This document shows, piece after piece, positions 37,546 to 46,714 of a DNA stretch of 64,000 bases. The translations under genes were made by a program, and so were the position numbers. The notes under the pieces were generated by a model that was not told where the DNA came from, ran no database searches, and saw nothing but the letters and a program-made list of their open reading frames with translations. The number at the start of each line of letters is the position of its first letter. Within the stretch, counting starts at the first letter, position 1. The stretch is from positions 64,001-128,000 of the forward strand of contig JBGAIQ010000012.1 in NCBI GenBank assembly GCA_044225365.1, written 5' to 3'. Source of the stretch: Planctomycetota bacterium. Its GTDB lineage: Bacteria > Planctomycetota > B15-G4 > JADJEK01.

Positions 37546-38808
37546 ATGTCGTCCGCAGCAGGTCTCGAGAATTCCAAGACCGATGAAGACCCGTTCCGTC
37601 CCCTGACGCAACGGGTCTTCGCGCTGCGCAACGTCGTCGCTCGCAAGGCCACGGGCCAGTACTTCACGCCGAGAGCGCTGCGGTCGAAACTGCTGGACAA
37701 GCTGTCGATCGCGCCCGGCATGAAAGTGCTCGACCCCGGCGCTGGAACCGGAGAGTTCCTGCTCGATGTCCTGGAGCGATGCCCCGGCGCGATCGTCGAG
37801 GGTTACGAATTCGACGAGGAGATCGTCGCACTCACGAACGAAGCGCATCCCGAAGCGAACGTGCGAGGTGTCGATCTGCTCGGTATTCGCCCGGAACCGA
37901 AATACGACCTCGTGATCGGCAATCCGCCGTACTACGAGTTCAAGCTCGATGCAGATTCGAGGGAGCGGTTCTCCGACGTCATCTCGGGGCGCCCGAACGT
38001 CTTCGCGGTCTTCTTCCACGTCGGTCTCGAGCTCTTGAAGGATGGCGGTCGCCTCGCTTTCGTCGCTCCGCCTTCGATGAACAACGGCGCCTATTTCGAG
38101 AAGCTGCGCCGGCACATCCTCGGGCGCGCGAGCGTCGAGTCGCTCGAGATCATCGATGATCCGTTCCTCTTCGAAGGCGCGCAGCAGCAGGTCATGTTGA
38201 TCGTTCTGAAGAAGGGCGGCACCGATCGCGCTCACGTCTTCGACGCGAAGCTCGGCGCGAGCGTGTCGAGCTGCCCGTTGTTCTGCGAGGAGCCCGCACA
38301 GTTGCGCGAACTGCTCGACGGATACTCGACGCTCGGCGACCTCGGATTCAGCATCCGCACGGGACGCTGTGTCTGGAACCAGCACAAGGCCGCGCTTCGG
38401 AGACAACCCGAGGAGGGTGCCTCGTACCTGCTGTGGGCCCACAACATCGGCGACGGTGTCGTCACCTGGAAGCCGGATCATGCGAAGCGTCCGCAGTGGG
38501 TCGTGTTCGACGAACCCGATCGCGGACCCGCGATCGTGGTGAACCGTATCATCGGCAAGGTCGGCGCCGGGCGCTTGCGAGCCGCGCTCGTTCCGTCGGA
38601 CGTATCCTTCGTCGGCGAGAATCACGTCAACGTGATCCGGCACTTCCCACGCATCGATGGGCCCGTGGTCTCGAGCGAGAATCTCTATCGCGAAGTGCTC
38701 GACGGATTGCGCAGCGAGCGCGCTGCCACGACGATGCGTCTCGTGACCGGCAACACTCAGCTCTCCGCCACCGAGCTGACCTGGTTGATCCCGGTCCTGA
38801 AGAAATGA
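37546..38808 (+). CDS. Amino-DNA methyltransferase (gamma class, M.TaqI/Eco57I-like), orphan
   Basis: GQYFTP, VLDPGAGTGEF (motif I) precedes IGNPPY (motif IV), with a C-terminal target-recognition region. Confidence 0.9.
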   Translation: MSSAAGLENSKTDEDPFRPLTQRVFALRNVVARKATGQYFTPRALRSKLLDKLSIAPGMKVLDPGAGTGEFLLDVLERCPGAIVEGYEFDEEIVALTNEAHPEANVRGVDLLGIRPEPKYDLVIGNPPYYEFKLDADSRERFSDVISGRPNVFAVFFHVGLELLKDGGRLAFVAPPSMNNGAYFEKLRRHILGRASVESLEIIDDPFLFEGAQQQVMLIVLKKGGTDRAHVFDAKLGASVSSCPLFCEEPAQLRELLDGYSTLGDLGFSIRTGRCVWNQHKAALRRQPEEGASYLLWAHNIGDGVVTWKPDHAKRPQWVVFDEPDRGPAIVVNRIIGKVGAGRLRAALVPSDVSFVGENHVNVIRHFPRIDGPVVSSENLYREVLDGLRSERAATTMRLVTGNTQLSATELTWLIPVLKK

Positions 38809-38832
38809 CGACGGCGCGCCAGCCGTCGACCG

Positions 38833-40014
38833 CTACGCGCGAGCTCGATCGATCCAGCGCTTGCTGACGACGGCGACGATCGTGCCGGCGAACGCGAATC
38901 CCGCCATGTTGGTGAATGCCATCACTCCCTCCGCCTTGAAGACGCGGCCCGACCACATCATCGACAGCGCGCCGATGAGTCCCGAGAGGGCGTACAAGAT
39001 CCCTTGCGCCGTCGTGCCGCGACCGCGCGGCACGATCGAGCGGAGGATCGACAGCCCCGCGAGGTGCGTGGCCCCGAACGTGAGCGCGTGGGTGAGCTGC
39101 AATGCGAAGAACGCCGCCTTCGATTGGCAGTGCGAGAACAGTGTCCAGCGAACGATCCCGGTGAGACCGCCGATGACGAGCCAGCGATACACGCCGCCGG
39201 ACGTGAGCCGGGCTCCGATCGCGAAGAAGAGGATCTCGGCGAGGACGCCGAGTGCCCACAGGTTGCCGACCGTGTCCTCGGCATAACCGAGCGATTTCCA
39301 ATACAGTGAGGAGCAAACGTAGAACGCGCCATGGCTCGCCTGGATGAGGCCGTAGGCGAGAACGAGGCAGAGCAGTGCGGCGATCGGCAGTGGAGGTTTG
39401 ACCGTGGTCCGACGTTCCTCCGAGGTCTCGTGGCCGAACGAATCGCCGGCAGGCATGAGGAAGAGGACGAACGTGCTCACGAGCATGCCGGCGAGAACGC
39501 AGTCGTGGATCAGTTCGGACGATCGTCCGCGCAGGAAGAAGCCGCCGACCTCGTTGGCGAGCAGGTAGCCGAACGATCCGAACAACCGCACCCGGCCGTA
39601 GACGATCCCCGCCTTCGCTCCCGCGGCGAGGATGAGGTGATCGAGGATCATGAAGATCGCCGAGAACCCGCCATAGAAGACGATGAGGAGCAGGAGCAGC
39701 GGATAGAAACTCGTGACGGTCGTCGACGCGTAGAGCGCGAGCGACGAGACGGCCATCACCGCGATCGTGATCCGCCGATGGTGGCCCGTGTGGTCCGCGA
39801 GCGTCGCGATCGTTGGGAACAGCACGATGCGTACGAGACTCGGCCACGCGATCAGAAGACCGATTTGCTTCTCGTCGAACCCACGTCCCTTGAGCCACAG
39901 CGACCAGAACGGAAGGTACAGCCCGAGCACGACGAAGATCGCGAACTGTGCCGTGGCGAGTCGGAAGTAGAGGACTTTGGATGACGGGGAAGAACTCAAG
40001 GTGCGTCGGATCAT
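38833..40014 (-). CDS. MFS transporter (HcaT/MFS_1-like)
   Basis: GLYLPFWSLWL, YGRVRLFGSFG, QASHG.FY, LWALGVLAEI and Q..HALTFG motifs, about 12 TM. Confidence 0.88.
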   Translation of the reverse strand: MIRRTLSSSPSSKVLYFRLATAQFAIFVVLGLYLPFWSLWLKGRGFDEKQIGLLIAWPSLVRIVLFPTIATLADHTGHHRRITIAVMAVSSLALYASTTVTSFYPLLLLLIVFYGGFSAIFMILDHLILAAGAKAGIVYGRVRLFGSFGYLLANEVGGFFLRGRSSELIHDCVLAGMLVSTFVLFLMPAGDSFGHETSEERRTTVKPPLPIAALLCLVLAYGLIQASHGAFYVCSSLYWKSLGYAEDTVGNLWALGVLAEILFFAIGARLTSGGVYRWLVIGGLTGIVRWTLFSHCQSKAAFFALQLTHALTFGATHLAGLSILRSIVPRGRGTTAQGILYALSGLIGALSMMWSGRVFKAEGVMAFTNMAGFAFAGTIVAVVSKRWIDRARA

Positions 40015-40093
40015 ACGGAGCAAATCGCCGTTTGAATGACGATCCGCGTCGACGTACTCTGCGCGCGAATCACCGTCGAATGGATTCGCAGCG

Positions 40094-41011
40094 ATGAAGC
40101 TTCGTATCGAACGCAAATACTGGCTCCTCGGTGCAGTCGCCGCACTTGTCGTTGCTGGTGCCTATGGGCTTTCCGTCGCCGATGGAGTGACGGCGAAGGC
40201 GTCGCAGGATCCTGCTCCGGCTCCGGCTCCGACCGATCCCCTCGACCCCTACTTCGCGGCCGCCGATGAGAACGAGTCGAAGCTCGTGGAGTTGATCGAG
40301 CGTGGAAGCGCGGCGATCGAGAGCGCCGCGTCATCGGAAGAAGCGCACAAGATCAGCACGCGCCTCGAACCCTACTCGCGCAAGGTGTTCTTCTCCTCGT
40401 TGCGGCCGAAGGGAATGGAGCGGCTCGACATCGCGATCCACACGGTCGAGAGCAAGCAACTGCCCAAGGCGATCGGGAAGCGCTACCGCTTCGATCCGCA
40501 TCTGCTCTCCCTGCTCAACGACGACTACGACGCGAAGAAACTGCGCGTCGGCCAGAAGCTTAAGGTGCTCGACCTCATCGATGGATCGCTGCGTGTCCTC
40601 GTCGACAAGACGCACTATCGAGTCGCGATCTGGAAGAAGGCTCCGGGACGAGATGGAAAATTGCTCCTCGGCTACTGGCCGGTCGGCCTCGGCAAGGTGA
40701 CGACGGAGACGCCGACGGGAACGACGTTCATCGAGAAACGCGTGCGGGATCCGTCGTGGACCGACCCCGATACGAAGAAGACGTTCCTCGCGGGCGATCC
40801 GCAGAACGTGCTCGGCGGGTTCTGGATGGCGCTCGACTCGAACGGCATCCATCGCGATGGCATCGGCTTCCACGGCTACACCGGCGCGCCCGCCGCCAAT
40901 TGGATCGAGCAGCCGGCGTCGCACGGATGCGTGCGCATGTTGCAGGCCGACATCGGGATCCTCTACGACATCGCACTCGAGGGCACACCGGTCGATCTTC
41001 GCGCACAGTGA
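40094..41011 (+). CDS. L,D-transpeptidase (YkuD) with LysM-like domain
   Basis: VLVDKT, WPVGLG, TPTG, P.W, IGFHG and SHGCVRM catalytic motif. HTV...IGKRY...N...LRVGQKLKV is LysM-like. Confidence 0.9.
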   Translation: MKLRIERKYWLLGAVAALVVAGAYGLSVADGVTAKASQDPAPAPAPTDPLDPYFAAADENESKLVELIERGSAAIESAASSEEAHKISTRLEPYSRKVFFSSLRPKGMERLDIAIHTVESKQLPKAIGKRYRFDPHLLSLLNDDYDAKKLRVGQKLKVLDLIDGSLRVLVDKTHYRVAIWKKAPGRDGKLLLGYWPVGLGKVTTETPTGTTFIEKRVRDPSWTDPDTKKTFLAGDPQNVLGGFWMALDSNGIHRDGIGFHGYTGAPAANWIEQPASHGCVRMLQADIGILYDIALEGTPVDLRAQ

Positions 41012-41096
41012 GGCGGATCGAGTTTTCGGCATTGCCGAGATCCACGTTTCGGACGTACGCTACTGCCCTGCCCCCCCGACCGATCTGGAGCCTCTC

Positions 41097-43628
41097 ATGT
41101 CACCGCTGCGCCGCGCCGCTCTGCTTTGCATTGCATGGGTCCCATTTTCGGTCGCGCTGTTCGCCGGCGATCTGATCGTCGTTCGGGGGCCGCTCCCTCC
41201 GAATGGTGCGAAAGAGATCTCCAAGCACGCGAGCTTCTACGGAGACTACGGCTACGTCTCGATTGCCGAAGGCAGCGCTGGCGCGGCGGCGGAACTCGCC
41301 GAAGCCGGACTCGACGCGACGGATCTCGGCGCTTGGCCGACGCCTGACGAAGTGCTCGTTGCTCTCGAGGCAAACGTTCCGACCGGCGCGAAGGTCCTGC
41401 TGTCGAACCGCGGGCAGGCGGTCTTCGTATCGGGGACGATCCACGGCGATGGCTGTCGGTGCGGGCACGTCGTCGCCCACGTCGAGCGTCGCGCCTACGA
41501 GCCGGATCGGGGCTTTTCGGCGCCGCAGCCATCGCAGGACAAGAGCCTCGTGGTCGACGCCCGCGTCGCCGCGCTCGTGGCGCAGGTGAGTCAGACCAAT
41601 CTGCAAGCGACGGATACGCAACTCTCGAGCTACTTCACTCGCCGCGCCGATTCGGCGCAGGTGCAGACCGCAAAGACCTGGATCCTCGGACAACTTGCCA
41701 TGATCCCCGGGCTCGTGGTCAGCACGCAGACGTTCAATGCGAGCTACGCGCCGAACATCATCGCCGAGATTCCTGGCACCGTTCATCCCGAGAAGATCCT
41801 CGTCCTCGGCGCACATTATGATTCGATCAACGGCGGCGGATCCTCGCTCCAGGCACCCGGCGCCGACGACAACGCGACCGGAAGCTCTGCGATCCTCGAA
41901 TGCGCGCGAATCCTATCGCAGCAGAATTTCGAATATACGATTCGCCTCATGTTCTACTGCGCCGAGGAACTCGGCCTCGTCGGTAGCAATTACGACGCGA
42001 CGCAGTTGAAAGCGCAGGGCAAAGATGTCGTGGCCATGCTCAACATGGACATGATCGCGCATCTCGAAGCGGGCGATACGTACGACCTCGACTTCGCTAC
42101 GAATGACACCAACGCCGCGCTGACGCAATTCTGCCGCGATGTGACGGCCGCGTACGTGCCGGGCTTCGCGACGAAGACCGGTGTGCTCACAGCGGGCACC
42201 TCGGATCACAAGTCGTACAACTCGGTGGGTTTTCCGGCGGCATTCTTCTTCGAGGACCTCGACAAGTACTCGATGGTGATCCACACCGCGAACGACGTGA
42301 TCGGTTCGAGTGCGAACAACTTCTTGCTCGCTCGCGACATCGCCAAATCGTTCCTCGCGACGGCGGCGCTCATCGCGAAGCCGGTCGACCTCGCCATCAC
42401 GCACGCGCCGCTCGCGGATACGACCGATGGATCGGGTCCCTATCTCTTTGCGGCGAACGTGACCTCGCTCATCGGATCGCAGATCGCAGGCGTATCGCTC
42501 GAGTATCGTGTGAATGGAGGAAGCTGGTCGAGCAAAACGATGCTGCCGTCCGGGATCTCGGGCCAATACGTGGCGTCGTTGCCAGGTCTTTCGCCGAGCG
42601 GCAAGATCGATTACTACCTCGTCGCGACCGACGTGAATGGTTACAGCCAGTACGCGCCCGATACTGCCGAGACCGGGCTCGGGACGTACGGATTCTCGAT
42701 CGGCAACGGATCGACGATCTTGAGCGATGACTTCGACGGGGCCTCGTCCGGTTGGACGAGCGTCCAGGTCGTGTCGTCGAACGACTGGCAGATCGGCCCG
42801 GTGAACGGCGAGAGCACCGACCCGCCTTCGGCCTTCTCGGGGAGCGCAGTGCGCGGTAATGATCTCGGGGCCGGTTCGTTCAACGGCGAATATCCTGCCA
42901 ACGTCGAGAATTATCTCGAGTCGCCCACGATCAATTGTGCAGGCAAGAGCAACGTCCATCTTTCCTATCGTCGCTGGCTCGGTGTGGAGGATGGCTTCTA
43001 CGATCAGGCCAAGGTCGAAGTGAACGGCAGCGTGGTGTGGCAGAACCCGATCACGCCGGGCGGCGGGACGAATCATCTCATCGACACCGCGTGGACTGCG
43101 GTCGATCACGACATCAGCGCCATCGCGGCGAACAATTCGGCCGTCAAGATCCGCTTTCGATTGAAGAGCGACGGCGGGCTGCAATTCGGCGGATGGACGC
43201 TCGATGACTTCCGCGTCTACTCGCAGACGCCCGCGACGACGGCGGCACTCACCACTTCCGAAGCCTTCATTTCGCAGTCCCAAGGCGGAAGCGCGGCGCT
43301 CTCCATCGCGGCCGGTGCGGGCAAGGCGGGGCGGACGTATGTCGTCGGGCTCTCGGTCACGGGTACTGCGCCGTCGACGTCACTCGGCTCAGCGCAGATC
43401 CCACTCGTCTTCGACGCCGCGACGAACCTGGGGTTCTCTTTGCTCAACACGCCGGTCTTCCAGAACTTCGCGGGCGTACTGAACGGCAGCGGGGCCGCGT
43501 CTGCGACGCTCTTCCTTCCGCCCTTGAACGATCCCGCGCTGGCGGGGCTGCATCTCTATTTCGCCGCGTTCACGATCGCGCCCGTCGACTATGCAACGAA
43601 CTCGGTGAGCGTGCTCCTCGTCCCGTAG
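41097..43628 (+). CDS. Secreted M28 family metallopeptidase with C-terminal accessory domains
   Basis: GAHYDS, GADDNATG, AEELGLVGS, NMDMI, SDH and IHT motifs. Start re-assigned to ATG 41097. Confidence 0.9.
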   Translation: MSPLRRAALLCIAWVPFSVALFAGDLIVVRGPLPPNGAKEISKHASFYGDYGYVSIAEGSAGAAAELAEAGLDATDLGAWPTPDEVLVALEANVPTGAKVLLSNRGQAVFVSGTIHGDGCRCGHVVAHVERRAYEPDRGFSAPQPSQDKSLVVDARVAALVAQVSQTNLQATDTQLSSYFTRRADSAQVQTAKTWILGQLAMIPGLVVSTQTFNASYAPNIIAEIPGTVHPEKILVLGAHYDSINGGGSSLQAPGADDNATGSSAILECARILSQQNFEYTIRLMFYCAEELGLVGSNYDATQLKAQGKDVVAMLNMDMIAHLEAGDTYDLDFATNDTNAALTQFCRDVTAAYVPGFATKTGVLTAGTSDHKSYNSVGFPAAFFFEDLDKYSMVIHTANDVIGSSANNFLLARDIAKSFLATAALIAKPVDLAITHAPLADTTDGSGPYLFAANVTSLIGSQIAGVSLEYRVNGGSWSSKTMLPSGISGQYVASLPGLSPSGKIDYYLVATDVNGYSQYAPDTAETGLGTYGFSIGNGSTILSDDFDGASSGWTSVQVVSSNDWQIGPVNGESTDPPSAFSGSAVRGNDLGAGSFNGEYPANVENYLESPTINCAGKSNVHLSYRRWLGVEDGFYDQAKVEVNGSVVWQNPITPGGGTNHLIDTAWTAVDHDISAIAANNSAVKIRFRLKSDGGLQFGGWTLDDFRVYSQTPATTAALTTSEAFISQSQGGSAALSIAAGAGKAGRTYVVGLSVTGTAPSTSLGSAQIPLVFDAATNLGFSLLNTPVFQNFAGVLNGSGAASATLFLPPLNDPALAGLHLYFAAFTIAPVDYATNSVSVLLVP

Positions 43629-43638
43629 GCAGGCATAC

Positions 43639-43870
43639 GGACCGCCACGCTGAAGCGTGGCCGAAGTAACCCCATGCCGGGCGGAGCCCGGCGGTCCGAA
43701 GAGGAACCCCATGCCGGGCATAGCCCGGCGGTCCGAATGCGGGACCGCCACGCTCCAGCGTGGCAAATTCTTTTCCGAATTCCTGTAACCGACCCGCCTC
43801 GGGCGCGATGTCCGGGACCGCCACGCTCCAGCGTGGCATCCCCTTCCCCTGCCGGCCACCCGGCGCTCCC
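43639..43870. repeat. REP cluster upstream of RAYT
   Basis: Forward GGACC-GCCACGCT-nn-AGCGTGGC at 43639, 43742 and 43815. Inverted GCCGGGC-nn-AGCCCGGC-GGTCC at 43676 and 43713. Degenerate copy at about 43851. Confidence 0.9.
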
Positions 43871-43884
43871 GGACCACGATCATC

Positions 43885-44550
43885 ATGAACGAACCAACGA
43901 ATTCCCCCGCCGACTCCAGCCATCGCGCTTGGCATACGCGGGGGTACCTTCCGCACTTCGATTCCCCGGATATCGTCCAACACGTTACGTTTCGGCTTGC
44001 GGACAGCTTGCCCGTGAGGTTCCTGAAGGAATTGGAAGAAGAGCTGCGACTCGTTCCGGCGGCGAGGCGGTCCCTCTCGAGGTTTCAACGAATCGACGAC
44101 GCGATCGACGCCGGTCACGGCTGCTGCCTGCTACGGCAACGCGAAGCGGGATCCTTGATGCGAGACGCGCTTCTTCACTTCGACGGGGTACGGTATCGAA
44201 TGTACGCCTTCGTCGTGATGCCCAATCACGTCCACACGCTCTTCGCGCCCCTCGATGGATGGACGACTCCCCGCATCACCGCGTCGTGGAAGTCCTTCAC
44301 CGGGCGTCTTCTCTCGTCGAGGATGCCGAAGCCCGATGGCTCGGATCCGATGCCTCGAGTCTGGCAACGCGAATACTGGGATCGCTTCATCCGGGACGAC
44401 GAGCACTTCTTCACGACCCGAGAGTACATTCACGAGAATCCAGTCAAGGCGGGTTTGGCGGCGCGCCAGGAGGATTGGGAGTTCAGCAGCGCGAATCGGG
44501 AAGTCCGGTTGCGGATGCGGGACCGCCACGCTCCTGCGTGGCCGAAGTGA
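43885..44550 (+). mobile_element. REP-associated tyrosine transposase (RAYT/TnpA-REP, HUH Y1)
   Basis: RGYLPHFD, HVTFRLADSLP, VVMPNHVH (HUH), WQREYWDRFIRD and YIHENPVKAGL motifs, flanked on both sides by REP palindromes. Confidence 0.92.
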
Positions 44551-44850
44551 GCCATGCCGGGCAGAGCCCGGCGGTCCGGATGCGGGACCGCCACGCTCCA
44601 GCGTGGCTGAAGAAAGCCATGCCGGGCAGAGCCCGGCGGTCCGAATGCGGGACCGCCACGCTCCAGCGTGGCTGAAGAAAGCCATGCCGGGCAGAGCCCG
44701 GCGGTCCGGATGCTAGGTTCCGTTCGGGGCAGGGAACCCTATGCCGGGCAGAGCCCGGCGGTCCGAATAGGGAACCCTATGCCGGGCGGAGCCCGGCGGT
44801 CCGGATGCTAGCCCGGCGGTCCGAATGGAAACCCGATGCCGGGCGGAGCG
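44520..44850. repeat. REP/BIME(REPIN)-like tandem array downstream of RAYT
   Basis: Three 65-bp units (starts 44520, 44585, 44650), each a forward plus an inverted REP, then inverted copies at 44743 and 44781 and partial copies at 44811 and 44838. Confidence 0.92.
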
Positions 44851-44869
44851 CAGCGCCTCGGCGCCTCCG

Positions 44870-45097
44870 TCAGGGGAGGTCCTTGCTACCGACCACCGCG
44901 AGATTCATCGAAACCTGAACCGTGAGGGGCTTGCCGTCGACCGTGATGATCGCCTTGCTGTTCACGTACCAGCCGAAGCTCTTGGTCGAGAACTCGCGCG
45001 GCTGCGCGACGAGCGGCGAGCCGGCGACGTCGATCGTGATCGCCTGAGCCTTCGTGTTGAAGTCCTCGCGGGAAATGGGGCAGGTCGTCTTGGACAT
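44870..45097 (-). CDS. Small hypothetical beta-rich protein
   Basis: 75 aa with GGAG RBS and non-shadow composition (TCPISR..F...PREFSTKSFGWY...VQVSMNLAVVGSK). Confidence 0.7.
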   Translation of the reverse strand: MSKTTCPISREDFNTKAQAITIDVAGSPLVAQPREFSTKSFGWYVNSKAIITVDGKPLTVQVSMNLAVVGSKDLP

Positions 45098-45173
45098 CTT
45101 CGAATCTCCTGGGTGCCAGCCGATGCGGCGGGTGTTCGGGGCCGCGCAGGATAGCTGGGCGCGGGAGAACGCG

Positions 45174-45896
45174 TCACGAATTTGCGTCGCGCAGCGCCTT
45201 GGCGAGGCGAGTCTTGCGCAAACCGAAGTAGCTCACGGTCGCGAGGACGACGATGAACGCGACGGCGATCCCGATCCGCATGCCGAGGCCTGCGCCCTTC
45301 GGATTCCCGAGGTACGCGCAGATCGCCGCTTCCGGAGCCGTGCCGAGGAACACCCCGATCGAGAAGTCGAGGAGCGGCATGCCGGTCACGGACATCGCGA
45401 GCGTCATGAGCAGCGAGTTGCCGACCGGGATGTTGCGAATCAGCAGATTCGTCATGATCCCGTGGCGGCCGACGTGCTCGAGCACGCTCGCGAGCTTCTG
45501 GAATCGCGCGCCGACCTTGCGCGCAACCCAGTCGCGACCGAGTGCGCGCCCGTAGAGGAACGTGAGGATCGACGCGAAGAGGGTTCCGATCTGGGCGGCG
45601 AGGAAACCCGGCCAGAACCCGAAGAGATACCCGCCAAGGCCGGCGAATAAGAGCCGTGGTGCGCCCAGCGTGACTCCGGCGAGCGTCGCGCCCGCGAACA
45701 TCAGCGCGCCCAGTGGACCCAGCTTGCGAGCGTCGTCCGCGAAGTGCTCCCAGCGTTCGAAATGGAGCCAGTCGTTGAGGGGCGTGAGATAGACGATCGC
45801 GATGGCGGCAACGACGGAGACGACGAGCACGATCGGCTTCTTGCTCGAGCGACTCTCACTTTCGTCCGCGACGGGAATGGCCGAGTCGTCCGTCAT
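45174..45896 (-). CDS. DedA/TVP38/VTT family membrane protein
   Basis: GGYLFGFWPG, FLYGRALGRDWV, LIRNIPV and GTAPE motifs. ATG 45896 overlaps the GT2 stop. Confidence 0.88.
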   Translation of the reverse strand: MTDDSAIPVADESESRSSKKPIVLVVSVVAAIAIVYLTPLNDWLHFERWEHFADDARKLGPLGALMFAGATLAGVTLGAPRLLFAGLGGYLFGFWPGFLAAQIGTLFASILTFLYGRALGRDWVARKVGARFQKLASVLEHVGRHGIMTNLLIRNIPVGNSLLMTLAMSVTGMPLLDFSIGVFLGTAPEAAICAYLGNPKGAGLGMRIGIAVAFIVVLATVSYFGLRKTRLAKALRDANS

Positions 45897-46669
45897 CGCG
45901 ATACGGCCGACTTCGGCGGGCGGGTTTGCGCGACACCCATGAGGTTCGCTCGACGGCTGTACACGGCGCGTCGGCGATACCAGATCATTGCGAAGCAGTC
46001 GAAGAGCCCGCGGATGCCGCGCTCGATGTTCTTGTACTTCGAGACGCCGGCCGTGCGCGGGCGATGCTTCACCTCGCACTCGACCACCTTGAATCCCTGG
46101 TAGCGCATCATCGCGCCCATCCAGCGATGAGTGCCGTTGAAGATCGGGATCTCGACGAGCGCCTCGCGGCGGATGAGCCGGAAGTTGCAGCCGGCGTCCG
46201 TGGTGGGGTCGCTCGTCAGCAGCTTGCGCACGCCATTGCCGATCTTCGACGCCATTCGCTTCGCGAACGTATCGCGACGCTTCTTGCGAACCCCGCACAC
46301 CGCGTCGGCGTCGCCGAGCGCTGCGAACAGATCGGGAATGCTCGCGGGATCATTCTGGCCATCGCCGTCGAGCGTGAGGACGAGTTCGCCCCGAGCGGCG
46401 CGAAAGCCCGTGCCGAGCGCGGCGCTCTGTCCGCAATTGCGGGAATGCCGTACGACGCGGATCTCGGGAAGCTCCATCGCGAGGCGCTCGGCGCGGGCGG
46501 CGGTGTCATCCCGACTGCAGTCGTCGACGACGAGGATCTCGAAGGAATGCTGGAGCGGCACGAGCATTCCGTGGATCTCGCGGACCAGCGTCTCGACGTT
46601 GCCCGCTTCGTCGAAGCAGGGCAGCACGACGGACACCGTCGGAGCCGAAGAATCGTCCCAGGACACCAT
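45893..46669 (-). CDS. GT2 glycosyltransferase (polyprenol-phosphate sugar synthase, DPM1/ArnC-like)
   Basis: SVVLPCFDEAGN, VVDDCSRDDT, LDGDGQNDP, DAGCNFR and HRPRTAGVSKY motifs. Confidence 0.92.
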   Translation of the reverse strand: MVSWDDSSAPTVSVVLPCFDEAGNVETLVREIHGMLVPLQHSFEILVVDDCSRDDTAARAERLAMELPEIRVVRHSRNCGQSAALGTGFRAARGELVLTLDGDGQNDPASIPDLFAALGDADAVCGVRKKRRDTFAKRMASKIGNGVRKLLTSDPTTDAGCNFRLIRREALVEIPIFNGTHRWMGAMMRYQGFKVVECEVKHRPRTAGVSKYKNIERGIRGLFDCFAMIWYRRRAVYSRRANLMGVAQTRPPKSAVSR

Positions 46670-46714
46670 CCCGGGATCTTATAGGGCGGATTCGCCGTCA
46701 ACCTGACGTTTTCG

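Noticed and set aside
37546-40014. Restriction-modification or other defence island
   Set aside because: No nuclease, helicase or other defence gene lies beside the methyltransferase.
43885-44550. IS200/IS605 insertion sequence
   Set aside because: There is no tnpB, the flanks carry many REP copies rather than single left/right-end hairpins, and the motifs fit RAYT.
44520-44850. CRISPR array
   Set aside because: The sequences between repeats are short and near-identical rather than unique spacers, repeats alternate in orientation, no cas genes are present, and the adjacent RAYT explains them as REPs.
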